Source: an uncultured virus (IMG/VR IMGVR_UViG_3300017978_000236) (Duplodnaviria > Heunggongvirae > Uroviricota > Caudoviricetes > Crassvirales). Taken from it: a DNA stretch of 64,000 bases. Where the stretch lies: the IMG/VR virus record IMGVR_UViG_3300017978_000236. One strand, 5' to 3'. A program made the position numbers and the translations under genes. The notes beneath the pieces are model-generated. The model was not told the DNA's origin and did not search any database. It was given only the letters and a program-made list of their open reading frames with translations. This document shows positions 53,692-63,880 of this stretch, piece after piece. Positions within the stretch are counted from its first letter, which is position 1. Each line of letters opens with the position of its first letter.

Positions 53692-54193
53692 CATTCATTT
53701 GTCTAATTAATTTAGCATACATCTTATCGCTAAAAGACACGTTACTTTTAAACAAAGGATTTATTTGGGCGTTCTGAGGTATAGCCTCACCTTCTAGATG
53801 TCTATACATTTTATTACATGCCATCTTATATTTATGAGTAAGGACATATAGTTTCTTCTCTCTAGTACCTTCCCTCCATACTTTCACTATCTCTCTCTCC
53901 TCAAATTTATCTATCCAGTTCATTGTAGAGAAACCAAGTGTACATGCGTAACTATTAAATGTTTCTTTTGTAAATACATTCTCATCGTATAGAAATAAAA
54001 GTAATTCTAGTTCAGATAAACTTAACTCATATTTCTTTTGTATGTACTTCCTAGCTACTCTAAAGTACTTTAAGTATGATGATGCCTTCTCGTTAAAATG
54101 ATAGTTTTTAGGTTTATCAAGTTTGCGTTTTGACACAGCAACTTCCTTCTCCTTTATTATCCTATTCATTTTTCTATAAATGATTTTCCCCAT
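53669..54193 (-). CDS. Putative MarR-like winged-helix regulator
   Basis: YELSLSELELLLFLY helix and wing ending LYVLTHK; the only minus-strand gene in the late block. Confidence 0.55.
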   Translation of the reverse strand: MGKIIYRKMNRIIKEKEVAVSKRKLDKPKNYHFNEKASSYLKYFRVARKYIQKKYELSLSELELLLFLYDENVFTKETFNSYACTLGFSTMNWIDKFEEREIVKVWREGTREKKLYVLTHKYKMACNKMYRHLEGEAIPQNAQINPLFKSNVSFSDKMYAKLIRQMNEKRKGVE

Positions 54194-54213
54194 TATATTG
54201 TATTAAATTACTG

Positions 54214-54244
54214 CAAATGTAAAATAAAAAAATATGTAACTTTG
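54214..54244. promoter_or_regulatory. Overlapping divergent promoters
   Basis: TACATTTG(CA) on the minus strand at 54214-54221 and TAACTTTG(CA) on the plus strand at 54237-54244. Confidence 0.7.
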
Positions 54245-54267
54245 CAAAGATTTATAATTAAGTTGTT

Positions 54268-54534
54268 ATGGTTAATAAAAAAGAAATGTCTTGCAATAGT
54301 CCAAAAAGGACTCCAGGTCATCCTACAAAGTCTCATATTGTTAAGACTTGTTATGATGGTACTGAGAAGATTATACGTTTCGGAGAGCAAGGAGCTAGCA
54401 CTGCTGGAAAGCCTAAGTCTGGAGAAAGTAATCGTATGAAAGCAAAGAGAGCTTCGTTTAAAGCAAGACATGGAAAGAATATAGCAAAAGGAAAATCAAG
54501 TGCAGCTTATTGGGCTGATAAAGTTAAATGGTAA
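54268..54534 (+). CDS. Small basic conserved phage protein
   Basis: KIIRFGEQGA...RASFKARH...SAAYWADKVKW. Confidence 0.75.
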   Translation: MVNKKEMSCNSPKRTPGHPTKSHIVKTCYDGTEKIIRFGEQGASTAGKPKSGESNRMKAKRASFKARHGKNIAKGKSSAAYWADKVKW

Positions 54535-54538
54535 TATT

Positions 54539-54709
54539 ATGGTAAGAAAATCAAAGGGATTAGGAGACTCAATAGAGAAACTAACAAAGGCTACTGGAAT
54601 AAAAACCTTAGTTGAGAAGACGGTTCCAGATTGCGGATGTCAAGCTAGACAAGAAGCATTAAATAATCCAAATCTATTAGTAAACAAAATATTTTATAAA
54701 GAAAAATAA
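54539..54709 (+). CDS. Small basic protein
   Basis: [19 protein letters not shown]...[12 protein letters not shown]; start placed at ATG 54539. Confidence 0.7.
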   Translation: MVRKSKGLGDSIEKLTKATGIKTLVEKTVPDCGCQARQEALNNPNLLVNKIFYKEK

Positions 54710-54710
54710 T

Positions 54711-54842
54711 ATGCCACTAAAGAAAGGATGTAGTAGTAAAGTTATATCTTCTAATATAAAAATGGAGATGAAACATGGTAAACCACAAAAACAAGCTATA
54801 GCTATTGCGTTGTCAAAGGCTGGTAAAACTAAAAAGAAATAA
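54711..54842 (+). CDS. Small basic protein (43 aa), not in the ORF track
   Basis: [43 protein letters not shown]. Confidence 0.75.
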   Translation: MPLKKGCSSKVISSNIKMEMKHGKPQKQAIAIALSKAGKTKKK

Positions 54843-54844
54843 TT

Positions 54845-55384
54845 ATGGCAATTGATCCACCTGTAAAGACTAAGGTAACTGTAGATCCAGACACTGGAGC
54901 TAGAGTATTCAACCAATCTTGGAGTTCTGAGATTAAAAAGAAACAACCAATCGTTAGAAAACCAGTTAGTAGAGATACATTTGTAACTGAGAAAAAAGCA
55001 GTTGTAAAACCTACTGCTAAACTTGTTGCTAAAGAAAGCGTTGAGAAAACATCTGGAGAAAGAAAATTCTCAGAAGTTGTTGTTCCTAAACCAGCTCCAG
55101 CTAAGGGAATGGAATTAAAAGGTAATGCAAACATGAAAAATAGAGCTCCTCAATCAATTCACAAAGAGAAGCTTAAGATAAAAGCTAAATACGATAGTGA
55201 AGCATTTGACAAGAGGGTTATGGAGATGTATCCAGGGAAAACACTTGAAAAAGCAACTGAGAAGTATTATAATGTAAAAAGAAGACAAGATAAAAGAGGA
55301 GAGAGAGAAGTAGAGAGAGACTGGCAAAGTAGAGTTGGTGGATCTAATTCTAAAAATAAAGATAGCGCTTGTAGAACTTGCTAA
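54845..55384 (+). CDS. Basic hypothetical protein
   Basis: 179 aa, Lys-rich, ends ACRTC. Confidence 0.7.
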   Translation: MAIDPPVKTKVTVDPDTGARVFNQSWSSEIKKKQPIVRKPVSRDTFVTEKKAVVKPTAKLVAKESVEKTSGERKFSEVVVPKPAPAKGMELKGNANMKNRAPQSIHKEKLKIKAKYDSEAFDKRVMEMYPGKTLEKATEKYYNVKRRQDKRGEREVERDWQSRVGGSNSKNKDSACRTC

Positions 55385-55397
55385 TAAATAAATAGAT

Positions 55398-55526
55398 ATG
55401 AAAAAAGTAATGGTTAAAAAGGAAATGCCTAAAAAGGCTATGGTTAAAGGAGATGCTAAAAAAGCACCTAGTAAAAAACAAGAAGCTTTTCTTAAAATGA
55501 TAGCTGCTAAATCTAAAAAGAAATAA
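55398..55526 (+). CDS. Small Lys-rich protein (42 aa), not in the ORF track
   Basis: MKKVMVKKEMPKKAMVKGDAKKAPSKKQEAFLKMIAAKSKKK. Confidence 0.65.
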   Translation: MKKVMVKKEMPKKAMVKGDAKKAPSKKQEAFLKMIAAKSKKK

Positions 55527-55529
55527 GAC

Positions 55530-55829
55530 ATGTTACAGCCTAAAAAAAAGAATACAAAAGTAATAGTTAAACCAAAGTTTACAATGTTTGGTCAAGCTAA
55601 TGCTGCTAGAAATAACTCTGAAGGAGAATACACTGACACACCTGCTAAAAGACAAGACAGCCTAGAGTATAGAGCTGGATTTAATTTAGGTGTTAGAAAC
55701 AAATTAAAAGGTCAGACTAAGAAAATGTACCAAGAAACTGAATTCCAAAAGATGGGAAGATGGGAAGGTCAGAATCATTCTTTTAAAAACGAAGATGCTA
55801 AAGTTATAGCTAAAAAAGTAGGTAACTAA
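55530..55829 (+). CDS. Basic hypothetical protein
   Basis: 99-aa ORF in a tightly packed operon. Confidence 0.7.
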   Translation: MLQPKKKNTKVIVKPKFTMFGQANAARNNSEGEYTDTPAKRQDSLEYRAGFNLGVRNKLKGQTKKMYQETEFQKMGRWEGQNHSFKNEDAKVIAKKVGN

Positions 55830-56080
55830 TGGGACTAGGTAGAACTGCTAAATATTATAGAGAAAATCCAGAGGCTAGAAAAAAGCATCAGAAAACTTCT
55901 AAAGAAGCAGCAGCTAAACCTGAAGCTATTAAGAAAAGAATGGAGGCTAATAAGTTCAATAGAATGAAAGGAACTTATGGTAATGGAGATGGAATGGATG
56001 CAAGTCATGTTAATGGAAAGGTAACAAAACTTGAGAAGGCAAAGACAAATAGAGCTCGTGGTGGAGCTTTAAAAAAATAA
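55829..56080 (+). CDS. Small basic protein, degenerate HNH-like
   Basis: GDGMDASH...EKAKTNRAR. Confidence 0.6.
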   Translation: MGLGRTAKYYRENPEARKKHQKTSKEAAAKPEAIKKRMEANKFNRMKGTYGNGDGMDASHVNGKVTKLEKAKTNRARGGALKK

Positions 56081-56083
56081 TAA

Positions 56084-56428
56084 ATGAAAGACAGTTGCTA
56101 TAAAAAAGTAAAGGCTCAATATGATGTTTTCCCATCAGCAAGAGCTTCTCAGGCAATTGCCAAATGTAGAAAAGCTAGTGGAACTGTTAAGAAAACAGAG
56201 AAAGGAACTAGTCTTAAAAGATGGGAGAATGAAAATTGGGTAGATACTAAGAGTGGGAAAGCTTGTGGTGCTGGTGGTAAGAACGAGTATTGCAGACCTA
56301 CTAAAAGAGTTTCTTCTAAAACTCCTGTTACAAAATCAGAGATGTCTTCTTCAGCACTAGCGAAAAAGAAAGCTGAGAAAAGCATAGTTGGTATGGGTAG
56401 TAGGGTAAAATCCATTAAAAAAAAATAA
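56084..56428 (+). CDS. Basic Cys-containing conserved phage protein
   Basis: DSCYKKVKAQYDVFPSARAS, LKRWENENWVD and YCRPTKRVSSKTP. Confidence 0.75.
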   Translation: MKDSCYKKVKAQYDVFPSARASQAIAKCRKASGTVKKTEKGTSLKRWENENWVDTKSGKACGAGGKNEYCRPTKRVSSKTPVTKSEMSSSALAKKKAEKSIVGMGSRVKSIKKK

Positions 56429-57127
56429 ATGGCTAGAATAAGCACTTATGAAATAGATTCTCTTGTTACGGCTAACGACAAATGGATTGGTACTGATTTT
56501 AGTGGTGGGATAACTAAAAACTTTACACCACAGAAGTTAGCTGATTTCTATAATGAGTCTGGTATATTAGGAGTTGTCAATCAGATAAACTTTAAGTACC
56601 ATCAAACATTCATTGGAGAAAGACCAGTGGGATCTTTAACTACATCAGCTCAAGCACCCACTTTCTCTTCGTTAACTAACATAAAGGTTAGTGAAAAGAA
56701 TAGTGGGTTAAAGTATATAGTAGACGTTCTTGAATCTTTCTTGAACGATACCATAATGATTGGCGATACGTCAGACCCAAACAAATTTGCTATATATAAT
56801 TTAAAAAATATACAGCAAGACACATTAGATCCAAAGTTCTACAATCTAACATTAGAATTTGTAGAAGGAAATGGAAGTCTACAAGATACACACGTATACG
56901 GAATAACTTCGTTAGCAGATAGCTCTTCTAAAGATAAGCATTTTGTACATACTCAAAACTCGGCATCTAGCTCTTGGAGTATAACACACGGTCTTAATAA
57001 ATACCCTTCTGTATCAATAATTGATTCGGGTAATAATATCGTAGTTGGAGATATAGAATACACATCATTAAATACATTAACATTAAGATTTAACGCTTCT
57101 TTCTCTGGAAAAGCATATCTAAACTAA
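56429..57127 (+). CDS. Putative tail fibre-associated structural protein
   Basis: MARISTY N-motif; C-terminal WSITHGLNKYPSV...FSGKAYLN. Confidence 0.65.
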   Translation: MARISTYEIDSLVTANDKWIGTDFSGGITKNFTPQKLADFYNESGILGVVNQINFKYHQTFIGERPVGSLTTSAQAPTFSSLTNIKVSEKNSGLKYIVDVLESFLNDTIMIGDTSDPNKFAIYNLKNIQQDTLDPKFYNLTLEFVEGNGSLQDTHVYGITSLADSSSKDKHFVHTQNSASSSWSITHGLNKYPSVSIIDSGNNIVVGDIEYTSLNTLTLRFNASFSGKAYLN

Positions 57128-57140
57128 TAATAAAGAAAAC

Positions 57141-58193
57141 ATGAAACACTTAAGTAATTTAGATTTAACGGGTAATCAGTTACAGAATGCTGTAATACAT
57201 CCGCTTGGAACACCTCCTTCTGGACCTAGCGAAGGTCAGATATATTTTGACTCTTCTGCTGGAGATAAAAAATTATACTTCTTTAATGGTACTCAATGGA
57301 TTGCTATTCAAGATACAGATAATTATGTTGATGAGGTAGCTTTTTCAACTGGAACTGGTACATTAACCTTAGGTAGATCTGGAGCTTTAGCAGACTTAAC
57401 TGTTAGCTTAGATGGTAGATACTTGACAGCTCACCCAGCTACAAGCCCATCTCCATCTGTAAACAATTCTGGAAGAACATATATTCAAGATATAACATTA
57501 GACTCATTCGGTCATATTGTTGGTATTACATCAGCAACTGAGACTATGGAGGGTAAAATCTATAGCGTATCTGTAGGTGCTGGTGGAGCAAACTCTGCTA
57601 CTATTGTATTAGCAGATAATGAAGGAGGAAGTGATACAGTTACTATCTCTGGCACTACTGGTGAAATACAGGTTACTGAAAGTGGAGATCAAATAAATAT
57701 TGGATTACCTGATGATGTAAACATTACTAACGACTTAGTTGTTGGTGGTAACTTAACTGTTAATGGATCTGTTACAACTGTTAATACAGAGACAATTTTA
57801 TTAGCTGATAACATCATAACTTTAAATAGTAATGCTACTGGAACACCGACTGAAAATGCAGGTGTTGAAGTAGAGAGAGGTGATTTAGCTAATGTATATA
57901 TTAGATGGAATGAAACAAGTGATAGATGGGAATTTACAAATGACGGTACTAACTATAGTGTTATACCAGTTGGATCAGATTCTCACTACGCTACATTTAT
58001 AGGAGGTGCTACTTCTATACCAGTTACTCATAACTTGGGAACTAAAGACGTAAGAGTTGAATTGTACGATGTTGCAACTTCAGAAACAGTTTATTCTGAT
58101 ATTGTTAGAACTAGTAATAGTGTAGTTACAATTTCATTCACAACTGCTCCAGCTACAGCTTCAATAAGAGTATTGATTAGCAAGGTTGGATAA
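57141..58193 (+). CDS. Putative tail fibre / structural protein
   Basis: GNLTVNGSVTTVNTE..LADNIITLN, AGVEVERG, WNETSDRW and VTHNLGT. Confidence 0.7.
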   Translation: MKHLSNLDLTGNQLQNAVIHPLGTPPSGPSEGQIYFDSSAGDKKLYFFNGTQWIAIQDTDNYVDEVAFSTGTGTLTLGRSGALADLTVSLDGRYLTAHPATSPSPSVNNSGRTYIQDITLDSFGHIVGITSATETMEGKIYSVSVGAGGANSATIVLADNEGGSDTVTISGTTGEIQVTESGDQINIGLPDDVNITNDLVVGGNLTVNGSVTTVNTETILLADNIITLNSNATGTPTENAGVEVERGDLANVYIRWNETSDRWEFTNDGTNYSVIPVGSDSHYATFIGGATSIPVTHNLGTKDVRVELYDVATSETVYSDIVRTSNSVVTISFTTAPATASIRVLISKVG

Positions 58194-58212
58194 TAAATAA
58201 TAAAATCTCAAT

Positions 58213-61200
58213 ATGAGCCAAAAAATAAAAACATCCGTTGAAATCGACGGCTCTTTAAGTGCTTCACAAATAGCTAACGCCACAACAGATACTGATAAGT
58301 TTTTGGTATCTGATGGCGGGACTATAAAATATAGAACAGGAGCTGAGTTAGCTACTGATTTAGGAATATCTGCTGGAGTAACTTCTAAAGTTCAACACCA
58401 AGTAAAGGCAGGTGTTGCAATAAATAAAGGTCAAGCAGTTTATGTAACAGGTGCAGATGGAACTAATATGATTGTTGGGTTAGCATCTAATGCTACTGAA
58501 GCAACATCATCTAAAACAATGGGATTACTTAATGCCACTGTTTCTGCTAACGGTTTTGCAGATGTTATAACTGAAGGATTGTTAGATGGTTTAGACACTA
58601 GCACAGCCGTTGTTGGTAATCCTGTTTGGTTAGGAACTGGAGGAAATCTTATTTATGGATTGGCTAATAAACCATACGCTCCAGCGCATTTAGTATTTAT
58701 TGGTATTGTTACTAGAGTTAACGCTAACAATGGAGAAATATTCGTTAAGGTACAAAATGGGTTTGAACTTGACGAAATACATGATATAGACCTAAAAACT
58801 ACAACACCTATTAATGGTCATCTATTAGGATATAATGGAACATTATGGGTAAACAAAACAATAGCTGGTTGGTTAGGATATACACCACAAGCGCAACTTA
58901 ATGGAACAGGATTTGTAAAGGCATCAGGTACTACAATTACTTATGATAATACATCTTACTATCCAGCTTCAAACCCTAATGGGTATATTTCTACTTATAC
59001 AGAAACGGATACATTAGCATCGGTTACAGGTAGAGGTGCTTTAACAAATACGCCAATATCTATTAGTGCTGGGACATTAAACCACTTGACTCTAGCAGAA
59101 AGATTTAATCTTGTTGGTGGATCAAATTTCCATATTACAAATAACGCATATTACGATTCTGGTTTTAAATACAAGTTTGCTGACTTGGCAACTAAACTTG
59201 CATTACAAGCTGATGGAATACTTTCGTACCAAACAGCTGTAACTGGTACAATTGGTGCTGCTGTAACTTTTGATACAAAATTTTCTGTAGACTCTAGTGG
59301 TAATTTAACAGTACCTGGTACTTTAAGTGCTTCTGGATATAATAAAACGAATTGGGATACAGCTTTTGGATGGGGTAACCATGCAGGTTTATATTTAGGA
59401 ATAAATTCAAAAGCAGCAGACTCAGAATTATTAGATGGTATAGATTCTACTAGAGTAATATTTGGTGATAACTCTACTGGTACAATTAGTATAAGTGACG
59501 CTACTTTAAACGGAGCTTTAAAAAGCGGATTTTATACAGTAGGAACAGGAGGGATACCAAATGCTACTAGTGTTAACTTTGTCTTACACACTGCTTATAA
59601 TGGAGTTGGTAATGCCGCTGGGTTTGACTTGGCGTGTAATGATAGCACTACTAGTTCATTTTATTTAAGACCAGCTACTGGCGGAGGCAAGGGATCTTGG
59701 CAAACAATTGTTACTTCGGCGAATATTGGATCATACGCTGTTCCTTCATCAAGAACAATAACTATTAACGGTGTATCGCAAGATTTATCATCCAATAGAA
59801 GCTGGACTGTAAGCGGAACAGTAACATCTGGAGTTAGTATAACTTCTGCTGGATCAGCTAATAACACCCCATCAACACCTTCTGTTAATATAGGTATGTA
59901 TGTTGATACATACGCTTTTATAGATTTAGCTACTGCAAACTCCCAAGGGAGCTGGATAGATTTTAGTAAAGCAGATGGAAGTGATTACGGTGGTAGAATT
60001 AGATATGTAAACGTAAGTGATTATTTTAGTATATCAGCTGGAGCTAACGAACAGGTGAGAATATTTAGTTCAAACGCAGAAGCATTAGGTTCTTTTAGAG
60101 CTCCATTATTCTACGATTCAAATGACACGTCATATTATGTAAATCCAGCAGGGGCTTCTATATTAAACGGATTAAAGCTAGTAAGTTCAGGTGATCAAGC
60201 TTCTGGTAATGATTATACTTTATGGATACAAGGAAGTAGTAATGACTGGGGAATTGCGGTTGATAAACCATCGTCAGATTATTCTTCTAAATGGAATTTA
60301 GCAGCATCTCATTCTTATGGACTTCAGGGTTTAAAAAATTCATCTGAATACTTTAGGGTAGGTACTGATTTAATGTACCATGATACTCAAATGAGATCGC
60401 CTATATTTTATGATAATAACAACACGGGTTATTATGTAGATCCTGCTTCAACAAGTAATTTAGCATTACTTAGTCTTTATGGTCATGATAATCAATTAAA
60501 AATAAATACTTATTCTGGTGGAGCTTCAGGATGGTTTGCTCAAGAAGCAGGAGTAAATAAATGGGAGACTTATCATTATCAGGGTAGATACAGATGGTAC
60601 AATTATACTACAGCTCAAGAAGAGGCGTTTTTAGATAATTCTGGAGGATATTTTCAAGTTAGGACATCTATGAGAGCCCCTGTATTCTATGATTCAAATG
60701 ATACTACATATTATTTTGATGGATCAGGAGGTACTAGACAGAGCAGATATTTAACAATATCAGGAGGAGGGTCTGGAAATAACGGTAATGAATTAGTTGT
60801 AGGAAATACTTCTGTACAGTACTCATTACAAGATACAAACTTACGCCCAATTATACAGGCTACAGGTGCTTATCCTGTTTTAACGCTAAATCATACAGTA
60901 ACATCAAATGGTTCGCACGGAGCTACCGTTCAATTTACTTCAAATGGAGTTGGTAATCAATTTGTTATAGGTAGTAGTGGTAATGGATCAAGATTAGATA
61001 TAGGAACAGCATCAAATTCAAACTGGAATCCACATAATGGTATTGATAACTACCAAGGGACTACTGGATGGAGAATGGATACTTCTGGAAATGTTCATAA
61101 CTTAGTATCTAATAGATCTCCTATATATTACGACTATAATGATACTGGATATTATTTTAATCCTAATACAGATGCTTCCCATAGATTTCAAACGCCTAGC

Positions 61201-62394
61201 GGATATATTGATATAGGTCCAAAAAATAGCGGAACTTGTCATATATATACAGATAGATCTAGTTTTTATTTTAATAAAGATATACTTGTAAACGGAAGCA
61301 CTGTATTAAATACAAGTAATGCTCCAAGAGCTGCAAATTCTTATGTAATGTTTTACGAAGGATTTACATTGAATGCTAACGATATGAGCACGAACTCAAC
61401 TGGGTTCACTTATTCAAATAATGCCCCATGGACTGGACCTGTAGCTAGATTTAGTACTGGTGGTGGATATGATTTATGGTTAAACGCTAGTTATGGAAGT
61501 AACGGTACTGGATTATCTTATAGAACTAGAAATGGTGATGCTGGTTCATATAACAGTTGGCATAGAATATATTCGGACTCTTACAGACCTTATGCAGATG
61601 ATTCTGGAACAACGGGTCAAAGAAGCTTTAACTACTTATACGCTAGTTCTTATTTAGAATCTGGAGGAGCTGTATATGGAACTATATTTTATGATAACAA
61701 CAATAGAGGTTATTATATGGATCCAGATGGTACATCTCAATTGTCATCTATATATACAAATAACTGGGTAAGAGTACAAGGTGATAGTGGAGTTTATTCT
61801 CAGGATTATGGTGGACATCTTAGAAGACCAGTAAATGCTTCTCATGGTACATGGGAGATTTTTGGATATAACAAGAACGGTTATGCTGGAATGAATGTCT
61901 ATGATCCACAAGGATATAATAATAATTATATGCATGAGAGTGGTAATGGTGGACTTTATCAGCAAAACGGTAATGGCTGGATATACTATCACTCTAGAGG
62001 AAATGCGTGTTTGGGTATCATGACTTCGTCAACGTCATCGGCATATAAATTATATGTTGGCGGATCAATTTACGCTGAAGGAGATATTGTTGCGTACTCT
62101 GATAGAAGAAAAAAAGAGAATATAATTACTGTAAATAATGCTTTAGATACTGTAAATAAACTAAGAGGAGTATACTATAATAGAATAGATGATAATTCTA
62201 AGAAAAGACAGATAGGTGTAATTGCTCAAGAAATACAAGAAGTATTACCTGAAGTTGTTACGTATGCTGAAGACCTTGACGAATATGGTGTGTCTTATGG
62301 AAATATAACAGGATTATTAATTGAAGCAATAAAAGAACAGCAAACACAAATAGAAGAATTAAAAGAATTAGTAAACAAATTAATAAATAAATAA
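58213..62394 (+). CDS. Long tail fibre with a C-terminal intramolecular chaperone (peptidase S74)
   Basis: YSDRRKKENI cleavage motif, IGVIAQEIQEVLPEVV, final coiled coil; internal FYDxNxTxYY repeats. Confidence 0.88.
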   Translation: MSQKIKTSVEIDGSLSASQIANATTDTDKFLVSDGGTIKYRTGAELATDLGISAGVTSKVQHQVKAGVAINKGQAVYVTGADGTNMIVGLASNATEATSSKTMGLLNATVSANGFADVITEGLLDGLDTSTAVVGNPVWLGTGGNLIYGLANKPYAPAHLVFIGIVTRVNANNGEIFVKVQNGFELDEIHDIDLKTTTPINGHLLGYNGTLWVNKTIAGWLGYTPQAQLNGTGFVKASGTTITYDNTSYYPASNPNGYISTYTETDTLASVTGRGALTNTPISISAGTLNHLTLAERFNLVGGSNFHITNNAYYDSGFKYKFADLATKLALQADGILSYQTAVTGTIGAAVTFDTKFSVDSSGNLTVPGTLSASGYNKTNWDTAFGWGNHAGLYLGINSKAADSELLDGIDSTRVIFGDNSTGTISISDATLNGALKSGFYTVGTGGIPNATSVNFVLHTAYNGVGNAAGFDLACNDSTTSSFYLRPATGGGKGSWQTIVTSANIGSYAVPSSRTITINGVSQDLSSNRSWTVSGTVTSGVSITSAGSANNTPSTPSVNIGMYVDTYAFIDLATANSQGSWIDFSKADGSDYGGRIRYVNVSDYFSISAGANEQVRIFSSNAEALGSFRAPLFYDSNDTSYYVNPAGASILNGLKLVSSGDQASGNDYTLWIQGSSNDWGIAVDKPSSDYSSKWNLAASHSYGLQGLKNSSEYFRVGTDLMYHDTQMRSPIFYDNNNTGYYVDPASTSNLALLSLYGHDNQLKINTYSGGASGWFAQEAGVNKWETYHYQGRYRWYNYTTAQEEAFLDNSGGYFQVRTSMRAPVFYDSNDTTYYFDGSGGTRQSRYLTISGGGSGNNGNELVVGNTSVQYSLQDTNLRPIIQATGAYPVLTLNHTVTSNGSHGATVQFTSNGVGNQFVIGSSGNGSRLDIGTASNSNWNPHNGIDNYQGTTGWRMDTSGNVHNLVSNRSPIYYDYNDTGYYFNPNTDASHRFQTPSGYIDIGPKNSGTCHIYTDRSSFYFNKDILVNGSTVLNTSNAPRAANSYVMFYEGFTLNANDMSTNSTGFTYSNNAPWTGPVARFSTGGGYDLWLNASYGSNGTGLSYRTRNGDAGSYNSWHRIYSDSYRPYADDSGTTGQRSFNYLYASSYLESGGAVYGTIFYDNNNRGYYMDPDGTSQLSSIYTNNWVRVQGDSGVYSQDYGGHLRRPVNASHGTWEIFGYNKNGYAGMNVYDPQGYNNNYMHESGNGGLYQQNGNGWIYYHSRGNACLGIMTSSTSSAYKLYVGGSIYAEGDIVAYSDRRKKENIITVNNALDTVNKLRGVYYNRIDDNSKKRQIGVIAQEIQEVLPEVVTYAEDLDEYGVSYGNITGLLIEAIKEQQTQIEELKELVNKLINK

Positions 62395-62397
62395 ATA

Positions 62398-62766
62398 ATG
62401 GCAATTACGTACACATTTAAAGTAAACAAAATTGAAGTTGCTCCAGTACTTGGAGAATTAACGAATGTTGTAACAAGAGTTAGATATGATTATAAAGGAG
62501 TTGATGAAAATGGAGTTGAAGGTATATTTCCTGGAGTAACTCCGATGCCTTCTCCAACTGATGCTGCTTTTAAACCATTGGCTGATCTAGTAGAGGAAGA
62601 TGTAATATCTTGGCTAGAGGTTCATGCAGACAAACATCACATGAAAGATGTAATTGGCAAGCAAATTAGCAGTAAAATTACACCTAAATATGTTGATACA
62701 CCACTTCCATGGGTTGAAATTGCAGAACCTGTTGAAGAGTTAGTTGAACCACAAGAAGAAGTATAA
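62398..62766 (+). CDS. Tail-fibre-associated hypothetical protein
   Basis: 122 aa, FKPLADLVEEDVISWLE...PLPW. Confidence 0.6.
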   Translation: MAITYTFKVNKIEVAPVLGELTNVVTRVRYDYKGVDENGVEGIFPGVTPMPSPTDAAFKPLADLVEEDVISWLEVHADKHHMKDVIGKQISSKITPKYVDTPLPWVEIAEPVEELVEPQEEV

Positions 62767-62768
62767 TT

Positions 62769-63296
62769 ATGACAATGCCGTCATCAGGAACTATTAGAAT
62801 GTCTCAAATCAATACTGAATTGGGACGTTCTAGTACTGCTACAATATCATTAGATACAGCAGAGAATGGTGGATACGCTACTATAAACACTGCTAGTTCT
62901 AGTAGACCTAATGGTAGTAATCCAGCTTCTATGTCTGAATGGTATAGTTATAATCATAGCGCTTCATCTGGAACAACAATTACATGGAGATTAATAAGAC
63001 CAACAACAACTGGAGGGGTGTTAACTATTAATAAAAATGGTTCTCAGGTAATTCAAACAAGTACAAATGGTGCTTCTGGAACATTTGTAGCAGCTATAGG
63101 AGATACTATATCTATTACGTTAACAGAAGCTTTAAAAATAAGCGATAGAATAGATATTCTTGTAGATCAATACTCTTATGGAGGAGGTCAATTATATGAA
63201 GCAGTAGGTATAAATAATGGACCACAGTCTTTAAGTTTTACTGTGCAAGCTATATATACACCATATTTTATAACAGGTCAGCAACAGTTCTGGTAG
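62769..63296 (+). CDS. Putative distal fibre / adhesin-like protein
   Basis: MPSSGTIRMSQINTELG...SMSEWYSY N-motif and a beta-rich C-terminus. Confidence 0.6.
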   Translation: MTMPSSGTIRMSQINTELGRSSTATISLDTAENGGYATINTASSSRPNGSNPASMSEWYSYNHSASSGTTITWRLIRPTTTGGVLTINKNGSQVIQTSTNGASGTFVAAIGDTISITLTEALKISDRIDILVDQYSYGGGQLYEAVGINNGPQSLSFTVQAIYTPYFITGQQQFW

Positions 63297-63309
63297 AATT
63301 ATTTAAAAA

Positions 63310-63879
63310 ATGATAAATAAAAACATATTATTAGAAAAGTTACAGGATAATAAAATATCTGGTTTGTTAAATAAATTACCAACTACGCCTATAGAATTCG
63401 GTGGTTACAAAGCTGAAGTTAGTGAAAGTAATAATTATATTAACCTATACAATCCAGAAAATAAATTAATATTAGAAGATTTATCTTTTTATATTACGGT
63501 ATTTACGCCTGAACTTTTAGATAAAGAATTTAATTCTATATTAATAGGAGGTTTAGGTTTAGGATTAATTCCTTTTGTAGTACAATATTTTTGTGAAACT
63601 ATAGATGTTATTGAGAATAATAATAATATAACACAAATTAATCAACAGTTAGGAGCTCTTGACTCTAAAGTTAATATTATCAATGATGATATATTTACTT
63701 TTCAACCTACCAAAATGTATGATGTTATTGTAATGGATATATGGTACGAACCAATAACTATAGATGTTATAGATACATTAAACTCTATTTATTTTCCATT
63801 TTTAAATGAAGGAGGTTTTTTATATTATCCAATAAACGCAACAAGTAAAGAAGAATTACCAGTAATAATAAAAAAATAA
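63310..63879 (+). CDS. Class I SAM-dependent methyltransferase-like (spermidine-synthase-like) protein
   Basis: ILIGGLGLG, DVIE, DDIF, YDVIVMDIW and LNEGG. Confidence 0.75.
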   Translation: MINKNILLEKLQDNKISGLLNKLPTTPIEFGGYKAEVSESNNYINLYNPENKLILEDLSFYITVFTPELLDKEFNSILIGGLGLGLIPFVVQYFCETIDVIENNNNITQINQQLGALDSKVNIINDDIFTFQPTKMYDVIVMDIWYEPITIDVIDTLNSIYFPFLNEGGFLYYPINATSKEELPVIIKK

Positions 63880-63880
63880 A

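Noticed and set aside
54208..55531. Alternative-frame ORFs 54208-54471, 54242-54439, 54677-54946, 54829-55134 and 55154-55531
   Set aside because: They overlap a tightly packed set of plus-strand genes with better starts and recognisable motifs.
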